A stretch of DNA of 63,946 nt from Ruditapes philippinarum (lineage: Eukaryota), in the NCBI RefSeq assembly GCF_026571515.1, contig NW_026858094.1, positions 496,001 through 559,946 on the forward strand, given 5' to 3'. The first letter of the stretch is position 1, and every line of letters starts with the position of its first letter. The notes under the pieces are model-generated. The model was not told the origin of the DNA, did no database searches, and saw only the letters and a program-made list of their open reading frames with translations. The position numbers and the translations under genes were made by a program. Of the stretch, positions 43,251-56,007 are shown piece by piece.

Positions 43251-45339
43251 AACAAACAACAACAACAGCAAATAAACAATTACTCGCACAGTATAAAATA
43301 TTTCAATATGGTCAGTATGAAACTATTTTTGATATAAAACGTTTATGCGCGTGTAATTCGATCTAAAATTTTAGGTCCTTACTATTTCTTATAAAAACAT
43401 ACTCTAATAACCAGATATATCATATACAGTATCAGCCATTTCCATGTTATTGGAATTGTTACCTGAAATTCACATTGAGAATCAACCTTAGAAGTTCAAA
43501 GGACATTAACCGGGATCTCAAACGCCATTGTCAGAAATATCAACTGATACAGGAACTATAGAGAGCGATTATTTACACTCACTAATATATTTCTGTTTAC
43601 AAATGTTTGATTAATGCCTGTTTGCATGAAGGCACTGGTTCCAGTATGTTCAGTATTGGAATCGTCCTATTCAAACTGACCATATGTATATACACCTTTA
43701 CCCCTAATGTTTCACGTGATTTTTTGATATTTCCCTACTTGATTTGTTATTTTCTCTTGCTAAATTAGCTTGTAACGGCATATGTCACAAATCATTCACC
43801 CCCAAATTTACTGTTCCATGTGATCTTTTGGTATTTTAGCACTTGGTTTGTTGTTTTCTCCTGCTCAATTTGCTTGTAAAAGCACAAAGGGAGAAGTGTT
43901 TGCGTAAATAGGACTTATAAGTAGTTCTTAGTAAAGCTACACATAGATGTTTTACACATACAATTCGTAGATTCAACAAAAAAGTTTTATTATGTACAGT
44001 TCCATCATGTAGTGATAGAACATGAGCAAATTTTATAAATGGATTTTCTTCTATTAATTAATTAAAAATTACTTGTAAAGTTTTTAGACTATAGAATATC
44101 AAAAAGTATCAATTAAGCTACACGGTAAGAAAATTGAAAAACAAATAACAAATATAAGTATGACGAAAAGCAAAGGTTCATGTTTAATTAGTTATCGAAA
44201 CCGTCTCATTAAAAATTTTACTTACTGTCTAACTTTCTAAATTTTACTTACTTTTTATATGCATTAAGCTGTAACTGCCTATAAGCAGTCAGTCTGATAA
44301 AAAATATCCAATAAGTATTTTTCCCAACTGCTACCTTTTTATACTTAAAACAACGAACGACTGCTGAAAAAAGAGGTCGTGTGTTTAAATTTATTCTTAA
44401 CTGAAACCTGCCCAACTGCATATTTTGTATAATATAATTTGTTAATATGTTTGTGCTATCGCCAATAAATCCTATTAATCACAGGATAAGGCATAAACAA
44501 AAAAAAAAAAAAAAAACGAAAAAAACAAAAAAAAAAAGCCAAAAAAAAAAAAAAAGACGAAGGGAACCATATAATATTTTGAGGTCTCTTTGACATGATT
44601 GACACTAAATTTCTAATCCCAGACTCAGAATCTGTCCACTAGAAAATACTTCACGTCAAATGTCTAAGCTTAATTCAAAGATTTTTAAAGATCGCACGTT
44701 TTATATTCTATTTTTTTCAGCTTCTATGACAAGAAAAGACCCACTATCACTGCAGTTAAAGTTAAAGTTAAAGTAACACTATTCAATATGAATGAGTTAT
44801 ATACTTCCGATCACTGTTAAAATTATACAATTCATCATGGGTGTATTATTTTATCAGCGATCACATGAAATAGATGTGTCTACACCGTGATACCGATTTT
44901 TCTGTTATTTTATTAAATTTTACCTTGTTGTTTCAGAAATGTTATTTAAATGAACGAACAGCCATTATGATCCAAGAAGATCCTGCTTCAAGAAGATCCT
45001 TCTGTTCGTTAGTTGAAAGAAGTATGGAACTTTTACACTTTTAAATCATAAATACATCTAAAATGTTACTTTGAAGGAAGTGTAATTATAACCAGTTAAA
45101 ATTATTAATTGACTTAAATGCACTTACAACTGTTTTTCTGCCAGTTACTGTCCAAATTTTAAAACAATTGTAACATCACTTTTACCTTTTTGGTTCGCGC
45201 CAAAGTTTCAAAATACAGTATACAGACGACCCCCAAGTGTTGAAGAACAACATTTAAGAAATATTGTTGCAGAAAATCCAACATAACTCTGAAATCAAAA
45301 CTCTCATGACCTCATGTACTATCTTCTGAGCTAATCAGT

Positions 45340-46955
45340 GATGAATACTTTATTTGTCTCAATCAATGATCCTCATGCTGTGCCTACTGAACTAACCTGG
45401 GATGGAGACTTTACTGGCCTCATGCTCTGCATACTGAGATAACATGGGATGGAGACTTTACTGGCCTCATGCTCTGCATACTGAGCTAACCTGGGATGGA
45501 GACTTTACTGGTCCCATGCTGTGCCTACTGAGCTAACCAGGGATGGAGACTTTACTGGCCTCATGCTCTGCCTACTGAGCTAACCAGGGATGGAGACTTT
45601 GCTGGCCTCATGCTGTGCCAATAGAGCAAACCAGGGATGGAGACTTTACTGGCCTCATGCTCTGCATACTGAGCTAACCAGGGATGTAGACTTTACTGGC
45701 CTTATGCTGTGCGTACTGAGCTAACCAGAGATGGAGACTTTACAATCCTCATTTTGTGCCTACTGTGCTAACCAGGGATGGAGACCTTACTGGCCTCATG
45801 CTCTGCCTACTGAGCTACCCAGGGATGAAGACTTCCCTGGCCACATGCTGTGCATACTGAGATAATCAGAGATGGAGACTTTACTGGCCTCATGCTGTGC
45901 CTACTGTGCTCACCAGGGATGAGGACTTTACTGGCCTCATGCCCTGCCTAATGTGCTTACCAGGGATGGAGACTTTACTGGCCTCATGCTCTGCCTACTG
46001 AGCTTACCAGGGAAGGAGACTTAACTGGCTTCATGCTCTGCCTACTGTTCTTACCAGGGATGAAGACTTTACTGGGATCATGCTCTGCCTACTGAGCTAA
46101 CCAGGGATGGAGACTTAACTGGGATCATGCCCTGCCTACTGTTCTTACCAGGGATGGAGTCTTTACTGGCTTCATTTTATGCTTACTGAGCTAACCAGGG
46201 ATTGAGACATTACTGGTCCCATGCTCGGCCTACTGTGCTAACCAGAGATGGAGCCTTTACGGACCTCATGCTCTGCCTACTGTGCTAACCAAGGATGGAG
46301 ACTTTACAGGTCCCATGCTCTGTCTACTGTGCTAACCAAGGATGGAAACTTTACTGGTCACATGCTCTGCCTACTGTGCCATCCAAGGATGGTAACTTTA
46401 CTGGTCACATGCTCTGCCTACTGTGCTAACCAAGGATGGAAACTTTACTGGTCCCATGCTCTGCCTACTAATCAGGGATTGAGACAAATTACTGGCCTCA
46501 TGCTCTGCTTATTGTGCTAACCAGGGATGGAGACTCTACTGGTCTCGTGCTCTGCCTATTGTGCTAACCAGGGATGAAGACTTTACTGGTCCCATGGTCT
46601 GTCTATTGTGCTAACCAGGGATGGAGACTTTACTGGTCTCGTGCTCTGCCTACTTGGCCAACCAGGGACGGAGACTTTACTGGTCTCATGCTTTGCCTAC
46701 ATACTGAGATAACCAGGGATAGAGACTTTATTTATCTCACTTTACCTAATGAGCTAACCTGGTATGGAGACTTAACTGGCTAACCATACCTACTGAAGTT
46801 ACCTGGGATGGAAACTTTACTGGCCTCGCTCCAATACAGAGCCATCCAAGGATAGGGACTTTACTGGCCTCGCTATATATAAATACTGAGCTAAACTGGG
46901 ATTGTGACTTTACTGGCCACGCTCCACCTACTGAGCTAACCAGGAATAGAGATTT
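45340..46955. repeat. 47-bp minisatellite array 3 (~34 units), variant of the 45-bp repeat
   Basis: Consensus TCATGCTCTGCCTACTG(A/T)GCTAACCAGGGATGGAGACTTTACTGGCC, degenerating at the right end. Confidence 0.95.
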
Positions 46956-49681
46956 GCTTTAGCCTACTTTAAACAGCCCTGACAATGTCAGAATTGTAAG
47001 CAAATATAAAATTGAGGTATTACGTGGGGAAAATCTTTAAAAAGCAGTCTCGTCACTGAAAAGTGTGAAATTATAGTTTCGCAATTTTTACTGTGAAATT
47101 ATCATAATTTATATAATTTTCACGGATTATTCTTTATGATTGATAACTCTGACTAGTTTTGCTTAATTCTCTCCCTTTAAATTTAAAATAGTTTCTTTAT
47201 ATTTAAAAACAAAAAGCATCACACATTTGCTATAAACTTGAAATTCTTGACTGCTATCAAGGACAAGTAATTCTGTCAGGCACTTTGTTGAATTATGCCA
47301 CCTTTTCTACTTTCTTTTTATTTCTGAGTAAAAAGGGGCAAGCTGTCTGTGGACAGGTCTTATTATTTTGATAATTTGGTGGCTGGTAGTTTTCACTCCA
47401 GATCACGGCAATAAGCCACATTGAACTTACCAGAGCTCAATGTGGCCACTGCATTGTTCCTGGGCAGGCTGTCATGCATGTTTACCAGTACTGATTGCCT
47501 TCACCTACACAAGGAACTGATAACTTCTGAACATGGCAGAGTAGAAGTACAGTGCGAATGAACATAGAGAGGATTTCATATCAATCACAAGGAAAGTGAC
47601 CTGCACCATCCGAATCAAAATTGGGTCACCCGATTCATAGTCCAACTATTGAGTCCACCATAGCCTTTTGAGCTAACGGACGGCTTTTTTTATCATTTGT
47701 CAAATTAATGCCATTTGTACTCTTTGTTGAATCACTAATTGGTCATCATTCATGTCAACCAATTATTCTGTATTTTTCCTGTAGGAGAGCTGATGGTTCA
47801 TCGAAAAATGGTGTAATGTGTGTGTTGATCTGAAGGGACAGTGATAGCATTAAATAGTAAGACAGTTTCAATCATTTACAAATGTATTAACATTTATTCC
47901 GTGTAGAGGTTGTAACTAAATTATACTTTTTTTCTATTTCCTTGTCAACTGAGTAGAACCACCGACCTTTCATAGATATATTATCTTTAAACTTTGAGTA
48001 CAATGTATATAATTTTGCAAAATATCTAATAGTAAATTATTTATCAGTTAAAATAATTTATTTGAATATATTAGTTGTAAAGAATGTATAATGTACTATT
48101 ACTAGCATTTCTCTTTTTAAAAAATAGTTGTTAAAATGGTGAGTACTAGATGATATTTTACGTCAAGTTATCAAGACAAGACGGTAAGAATTACTGTGTT
48201 TTTAGTCATTTAGCAGTGTGAAAGACAGAGAGGTAAAATATTGAAAAGGTGTAATATTGTATTTATTGTGGCGGGAGGGACATAAATAAATGCCATCATG
48301 AATTATATGTTGCGGTTAGTGTTAAATAAATGAAATGAATAGAACAGGATTTAGTGAATTGCCTGGAAAGAAATGAGAATGAAAACATTGTGAAGTTTTG
48401 AGAATGGAAATAGGACATGAAAAGTTGGTGCTGTGAAAAATGGAAAGCGTTGTTTGAAATAGGAAAGACATGAACTGCAAGAGGTTTTGAAAAATGGAGA
48501 TGTGAACGTGAAAAATAAATGAAAATAAATGGAAAGGGAGAGAATACATGGAAATCGGAATGGAAACAAGTGAATAATAGTCAAGGAAATAGAAAGAACT
48601 AGAGGAGAGTTGAATGAAATGAAATTTGAAAGCGAAAATAGTTCTTCATTTGTGAAAAGAGACTGAATAAAAAAGAAGATAATTGGGTTGAGAAATTGTA
48701 GATGAAAAAAGATAATGAAAGTAATTGGCTTTCTAGACAGATCAACTTTCTGTAGAAAGTTAATTTCAGGTCTCCTGGCATCCATCATCGTTGATTGTTT
48801 GCACCTCCCCATCATAGTTCTGCCATGAAGGGGACGTGCAGATATGACAGATTTTCTACTTTATTCTTATCTAACTTTATCTCGATCTTTACAAAACTTT
48901 CTTTTCTATACAAAGTTTTCCTCACTTATTTTGACCAGACAAGATTATGTAGGTACTGACCATTGGTCATTGACATATACCAGTTGTGACAAACCTCTCC
49001 ATCAAAATATTTGATCTGACTAGCTTTTGTAATGACATTGACCATGGCATTGACCAATTTACAAGACTACCAACTAGCCATGGCTTTCTCTATAGTTATT
49101 GATTGGGGAATCTTTTTGACTAATTTACCTTAACTACTAGGCCCATGCAACCTTAGACCAAAACTTTTTCCGATAATTGGTCAGACAGAGACATTTGGCA
49201 TTTATTGAAGCTCTTTGGCGGCCGTTGAATGGTGGGAGATGTGTACTTGTGACTTAAACCTCAGTGTCTATTCTAGAACTTGTTACTGCGGGATTCACAC
49301 TATTTTTTCAAAGATCGCGCACATTTTGGAAAGGCGTGTGAAATCCTGCATCTGAATTGATCAGTTTTCTCAAAAAGCATACAGGTCTAGACGACTTATT
49401 TTGTTTACATGAACACGGGAAGCCAAAGGGCGGTAATTGTGTACTCTAAATAAACAATCTCCTACACAGTGATCTCCCCTTGTTAGTCTGCCAAGGGATC
49501 ACTGTGAGGCGTTTGCTTAATAAAATCAATATTTTTCTTTGACAACTCGTTTTTCTATAAAGTTGATAATGGCTTTTTTAGAATCTGTTCGCAGCAAAAT
49601 TCTTGTTCAGTAATCCTAACTCTTACCCTAACACATCCCATAACACTAACCCTTACTCATAACGCTATATTGATAATAATG

Positions 49682-50537
49682 TGTAATATGAAACATATTC
49701 TAGTTGAGCCGTCCCTGATTTGTTTTTATGAATATGTAATAGGACCGTATTTTGATAAAATATTTAGTTGTCAAATTTATACCATTCATTTGTCGTCCAT
49801 TTTGGCTTCTTTCCCTATCGTTAATCTGTTTAAGTCCTCTTGATTGGCTCTTTCGGTTTAGATTTACATTTTTATTGGTCCACTTGATTAATATAATTCG
49901 ATTAGTTCAGAACTTGTTATGAGTAATTTTGACCAATCAATCTTATAGTTAAGCATTGTCATGACTACCAAAAGTGTATAAATACCGGGTGAATTTCTAT
50001 ATATCTTGTCTTGGGAGCTGGCCGACAGGTCAGTTCACTTCAAAGCTTTAGAGCTTTGGCACTCTTCAAAACTTAATAGTTTTGACTCTCTTTGAAATCT
50101 ATATGATTTGAGAATTTAGGCTAAACTTATTAATAAGTACTTAGAAATTCTTTTTAAATAAATAACTATTTGTTGGTAGATTCTGCTTAAATATATAGTC
50201 TTATTCATACTTTTGGTAAATAAATTATACGATTGTCGTTTAAATAAGTATATGATTATCTTTTGAATAAATCTCGTAATGTTAAATTTATAAAATCTTG
50301 TGTCTTACTTTCTTAATAAGAGTAAATTAAAGGTAGCGTCCGACACCACCATTCTAGCCACTGGTTGGCAATTAAGAGTTCAGAGAACCTGGGTAAAGTG
50401 CCGTTTAAAGATATATTTGTGATCACGTGTCGTCCGCATAGTAATTAGGCCATTTATATTTTAAGTCTGTCCAGAGCGCCACTGAGTGTTGGGCTCAAAT
50501 CAGCTTGAACCACTGATAATAAACCGGCACTATTACA
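49682..50537 (+). mobile_element. probable solo LTR (856 bp)
   Basis: TGTAATA..TATTACA inverted termini. TATAAATA at 49977 and downstream AATAAA motifs. Flanks AATG/AATA (imperfect 4-bp TSD). It interrupts a CCTAA-rich tract that continues on both sides. Confidence 0.55.
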
Positions 50538-50898
50538 AATAAAAACCTAATCTAGCTACCTTTTTGTTTTTAGAAAATAAAAAGATTAGCTCTGGCTTGA
50601 TATAAACAACATTGAATTCTTTTACACCATTACTCTTTTTACTGGCACCCCTTGTTTTTGAAAAACTTATTTTTTTAAAGGGCGGGAAATTCACCAATTC
50701 TTTTGAATTTCTAGAAAAGACACTGAACCCTACAACTTACTGTGACCAACCCTACATTGTACAGTGACTGACTTAAACCCATTCAACATTTCAGAGCTTC
50801 AAGGTTTTGACAATCTCAACACTTCTCCCAATGCTGCCTAGTTTTAAAACAGCACACTCCCAAATTCATATTGTTTATATGGGGGAATATTTTATTAT

Positions 50899-51109
50899 TA
50901 GTGGGTTTGCGACCAGCATGGATCCAGACCAGCCTGGGCATCCGCGCAGTCTGATCAGGAGCCATGCTGTTTGCTATTAGTTTCTCTACTTATAATAGGA
51001 ATGGTAAGCGAACAGCATGGATCCTGATCAGACTGCGCGGATAAGCAGGCTGGTCTGGATCCATGCTGGTCGCAAACCCACTATGTTGGTTTTGTCGTGA
51101 CGCGGCTCA
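50899..51109. mobile_element. 237-bp-family MITE, copy 3 (left end missing)
   Basis: Matches copies 1 and 4 from TGGGTTTGCGACC to CGGCTCA. Confidence 0.88.
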
Positions 51110-51959
51110 AATGATGATTAACCATTGAGGTCCAATAGCCTAAAATAATAAATTATGAAATTCTTTCCTTAAATCAACTGGTACACTTAAATTTGAAACC
51201 AAGCAATAGATGATATAAAATACAGATTTAAATACACATGGTAATATATTGATAATCGATTTTTTATGCGATTTTTGGCCGATTTGAGTGAAAAGTGTTG
51301 CAACGATTTTCATTTTTTTGGGCTACAATTGATTATTTCGAGGCTAAAATTTGTAGTGTCAAATAAATTTTGTGTAATCTTTTTCATGAACATCTTGGAA
51401 TCCGAATTAATTATGAAACATGATATTCTTAAAAAGGATATTGAAAATATGCATACTCTGAATTAATATTTAAAGCTACATGCCTCCAAATGAGTCAAAA
51501 TAATTCAGGATAATCAAGCTTGAGAAACATGTACTATAATTTTTAGAAAAGTAAAAAGCATCGAGATTCAAGTAATAATTTACAGGTGTGAAATTTAAAA
51601 GACTGATTTTATTATAATTATCACCATTTTTCGTGTGTGTTACTTACATTGCTGCATATTTTGACCTTGTTTTTGTTTCTTTACATGAATTGTAGCTGTT
51701 GGACAGAAATTTGAAAATTCCTTTCTTCGTCTTCTTAACAATATTAAATAATAGTAAAATATCGATCAAGCAGGAGTCTGTATTAGAGCCTTAAAGAAAA
51801 AGTTTATAATTATTTCTTTTTCGTGTATTCTGTTATAAGGAACTTCGGAATTGGACCGCAGATTGCGGCTTACATTTCCTATCCTGTAGCGGATTTTAAA
51901 AATGCTTCTCGCAATTATCTCAGTATCATTTCATATTATTCGAGTGTATGACCTCTATG

Positions 51960-54909
51960 TACGAAAGCCTAATAGTGTCAAATGAAATAAAAAATAAAAA
52001 TACAAAGGCGTTATAACGCGAATAAAGGCGTTATTACGCGAATCAAAAGGCGTAATAACGCGAATAAAGGCGTTATAACGCGAATCAAAAGGCGTAATTA
52101 CGCAAATCAAAAGGCGTAATAACGCAATTAAAGGCGTAGCAACGCGAATAAAGGCGTTATAACGCGAATCAAAAGGCGTAATAACGCGAATCAAAAGGCG
52201 TAATAACGCGAATAAAGGCGTAATAACGCGAATCAAAAGGCGTAATAACGCGAATAAAGGCGTTATAACGCGAAATGAAAGGCGTAATAACGCAAATCAA
52301 AAGGCGTAGTAACGCGAATAAAGGCGTTGTAACGCGAACCAAAAGGCCGTACTAACGCCAATTAAAACAAATTATAATGCCAATTTAATACCATATTTAT
52401 ACTAATCAAATGGCCTGGTAACGTAAGAAAAGCAAGACCAATATTGATCTGAATTTATTCCTCAAGATATAAACTCGTATAGAATAATTTAATATATATT
52501 TACAATACTAACATTCCATTTGCGCAGTAATAATGCAAACTATTTGTCATAAACTAATGAAGACTCTTTAATATTTGCCAATTTAAGGTGTCTGGGTGAC
52601 TTATAGGTCCATTGGACTGGACGTAAAATACAGTTAATCTGAATTCACATGTATCATATATTGCTTTTACACATGTCACAATAGTAAATGAATTTCTTTT
52701 CTTTCTTATCTTATCTTATCTTATCTTATCTTATCCTTATCTTATCTATATTATATGTGCGTCATATGTTCAATTATCTTCGGATATATCCTTTTGATAC
52801 TTATATAACAATCTAGTTTTTCTAATTATGTGAATGCCAATTCTTATTAAAGCTATAGGTAAAATGCTATAGGTAACAAAGATTTGGGAAAACGTAAAGG
52901 TATAAGTTAGTCACATTAAGGGTGATTATTTTATAAGTATGTTTAAAAAGGGAATAGTGTTTCAGTTTAAGTCACAATTATAGGAGACATTCCCTTCTTT
53001 GTCTATGTAGAAAAGTATCTATAGTTGGGTGAAAGTTAACCTTTAATCTGACGAAAGCATTTCCTAATAAAAGATTTAAAAAATCAGACTGTAGCCTTAG
53101 GACGTATCCGTACAGAATTGAAAATAAAACGTACGTCTTGATCGATTTATTTATATCAAATTGTTCTTCCTATCTTACATTACTAGGCCACGGTTTGGAA
53201 TTTATATGGTATTAAATTAGCGTTATAACGCCTTTTGTTTTGCGTTATTATGCCCTTTGGTTCGCGTTATTACGCCTTTTGATTCGCGTTATAACGCCTT
53301 TATTCACGTTATTACGCCTTTTGATTCGCGTTATAACGCCTTTATTCGCGTAATTACGCCTTTTGATTCGCGTTATAACGCCTTTATTCGCGTAATTACG
53401 CCTTTTGATTCGCGTTAAAACGCGAATAAAGGCGTTACTACGCCTTTTGATTCGCGTTATAACGCCTTTATTCGCGTTAGTTCGCCTTTTGATTCGCGTT
53501 AAAACGCGAATAAAGGCGTTACTACGCCTTTTGATTCGCGTTATAACGCCTTTATTCGCGTTATTACGCCTTTTGTTTCGCGTTATAACGCGAATAAAGG
53601 CGTTACTACGCCTTTTGATTCGCGTTGCTACGCCTTTTTTCGCGTTATTACGCCTTTTGATTCGCGTTATAACGCCTTTATTCGCGTTATTACGCCTTTT
53701 GATTCGCGTTATAACGCGAATAAAGGCGTTACTACGCCTTTTGTTTCGCGTTATAACGCCTTTATTCGCGTTATTACGCCTTTTGATTCGCGTTATAACG
53801 CCTTTATTCGCGTTAGTACGCCTTTTGATTAGCGTAATTACGCCTTTGGATTTGCGTTAAAACGCGAAACAATAGGCGTAATTACGCGAATCAAAAAGGC
53901 GTACTAACGCGAATAAAATGCGTTATAACGCGAATCAAAAAGGCGTAATAACGCGAACCAAAAAGGCGTAATAACGCAAAACAAAAGGCGTTATAACGCT
54001 AATTTAATACCATATATAAATTCCAAACAGTGGCCTATTAATGTATGGAAGGAAGAACAATGTTGATTTAAATGAATTGATCTAGATGTACGTTTTATTA
54101 TATGCCCGAAAGAATTTCGGGCATATTATGTTATACCCCCTGGCGTCCGTACGTGCGTCCGTCCGTCTGTATGTCTGTCTGTCCGTCCGTCCGTAAGCAA
54201 TTTGGTTTCGGGAGCATAACTTAAGTTCCATTTGGCCCACAATATTCAAACTTCATAGGAGGATTGTTATTTGAAGGAGGTAATACTTTATAACCTATAA
54301 GTCACCAAGTCATCTTATATTGGCACATATTAAAGAGTCTTTATTAGTTTATGACAAATTGTTTGCATAATTACTGTGCAAATGGAATGAAAGTTATTGT
54401 AAATGTATATTGTATTATTGTATACGAGTTTATATCTTGAGCAATAAATTCAGATCAATATTGGTCTTCCTTTCTCGCGAATTTGATTAGTATAAATATG
54501 GTATTAAATTGGCATTATAATGTGTTTTAATTTGCGTTATTACGCCTTTTAGTTCGCGTTACTACGCCTTTATTCGCATTACTACGCCTTTTGATTTGCG
54601 TTATTACGCCTTTATTCGCGTTATTACGCCTTTTGATTCGCGTTATTACGCCTTTATTCGCGTTATTACGCCTTTTGATTCGCGTTATTACGCCTTTTGA
54701 TTCGCGTTATAACGCCTATATTCGCGTTGCTACGCCTTTAATTGCGTTATTACGCCTTTTGATTTGCGTAATTACGCCTTTTGATTCGCGTTATAACGCC
54801 TTTATTCGCGTTATTACGCCTTTTGATTCGCGTAATAACGCCTTTATTCGCGTTATAACGCCTTTGTATTTTTATTTTTTATTTCATTTGACACTATTAG
54901 GCTTTCGTA
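51960..54909. mobile_element. 2950-bp non-autonomous foldback DNA transposon, IS3EU-like
   Basis: Termini TACGAAAGCCTAATAGTGTCAAATG.. / ..CATTTGACACTATTAGGCTTTCGTA with ~650-bp inverted arms. Exact 6-bp TSD TCTATG (51954-51959, 54910-54915). Arrays of 20/22-bp CpG-rich repeats. Confidence 0.88.
54093..54275. mobile_element. HINE/DINE-like fragment nested in the foldback element
   Basis: Hairpin TATGCCCGAA..TTCGGGCATA (54101-54125), then (GTCC/GTCT)n microsatellite and GCATAACT core start. Confidence 0.7.
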
Positions 54910-55770
54910 TCTATGAATATAATTATCAATGTAACATTTAGACTTGCTACTTAAAGACCCATTATGCCCCAGAAATGCTTTCATTTTTATTTCTGAATTT
55001 TTTTTCATTTTTGGTATTCTTGTATTATAGTTTTTAACAACTTACTCATTGGCCATTTACCTGAACTGTCTCCTTCTGCTGTTGCTTTTTTGTTGTAAAT
55101 TAATCTTTAGTCTTTCTAAAGAAGTAAATATTTATTCATTTCTGAGGCAAAATGTGCCTTTAAAAAGTGGCCTAATTTGATGGTTCTTTTTCTATATGCC
55201 CTTGGTTTGACCTATTTTGTAAACTAGCAGATTATATTATATTGAGATTACTTGTTTAAAGACCACCCACTAGGATGATATGAAAAGATATTCAAATGTA
55301 GGACAAACAAAAAGTTAAGTCTGTACAGGTTAGGAAGTACGCGCTGCAATATGCTGTCCTATATTCCTGAGTTCCTGTAGTATTTTGAAAGTCTAAAAAC
55401 TTAACCATAACTCTGTATCCTATAGATTGCTAGGCCACAAAGGAATGTTTGACAGTTGTTGCTTTACATATATTAGCCAAGATCAAACCATGGTTAGTTC
55501 TTAAGACAATTATTCAAGAGAATTGTTGATCACTTGAAATGGAAGGAAGAGGCTTTGCTGGCCAAGTGAATTTGTGTTTGTATGCAGAACATAGATTATC
55601 TCTTAACATGTATAAATTTTTCTATGATGCCTTTGGTATTTATTCATAAAAACCGTGTCAATTTTTTACACATGAATTTTGTATATCGTTTGGAATTACA
55701 ATTCATTTTAAATGTTAATAATAAAGTCTTCAGTTCATTTCGTTATCGAGATAAAGGATTATATTATATA

Positions 55771-56007
55771 TGAGCCGTGTCACGACAAATCAAACATAAT
55801 GGGTTTGCGACCAGCATGGATCCAGACCAGCCTGCACATCCGCGCAGTCTGATCAGGATCCATGCTGTTCGCTATCAGTTTCTCTACTTGCTATAGGGCT
55901 TGTAAGCGAACAGCATAGATCCTGATCAGACGGCGCGGATGCGCAGGCTGGTCTGGATCCATGCTGGTCGCAAACCCATTATGTTGGTTTTGTCGTGACG
56001 CGGCTCA
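55771..56007. mobile_element. 237-bp palindromic MITE, copy 4 (full length)
   Basis: TGAGCCG..CGGCTCA, flanked by TATA on both sides. Confidence 0.92.

Larger units (their letters stand above)
22457..47147 (+). repeat. tandem segmental triplication: units ~22457-33457, 33458-39800, 40030-47147
   Basis: Collinear homology of upstream region, intron, AANAT exons, 3' flank and terminal minisatellite in all three units. Confidence 0.9.

Noticed and set aside
30466-46955. CRISPR-like appearance of the regular repeats
   Set aside because: Head-to-tail repeats with no unique spacers, no cas genes, and a eukaryotic context.
48300-48830. Purine-rich tract with Phe/Ser-rich minus-strand ORFs
   Set aside because: Compositional ORFs. 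The plus strand has many stops. It may be an old LINE remnant, but I cannot support that.
49610-49670. CCTAAC/TAACCC telomere-like motifs
   Set aside because: Few, degenerate and irregular. Not an interstitial telomere array.
52704-52746. (ATCTT)n tract identical to the LINE tail at 21455
   Set aside because: No adjacent LINE homology seen. Treated as a simple microsatellite.
51955-54941. ORFs of (RLLIRVITPLFALL)n type
   Set aside because: Artefacts of 20+22 = 42-bp periodicity within a non-coding foldback element.
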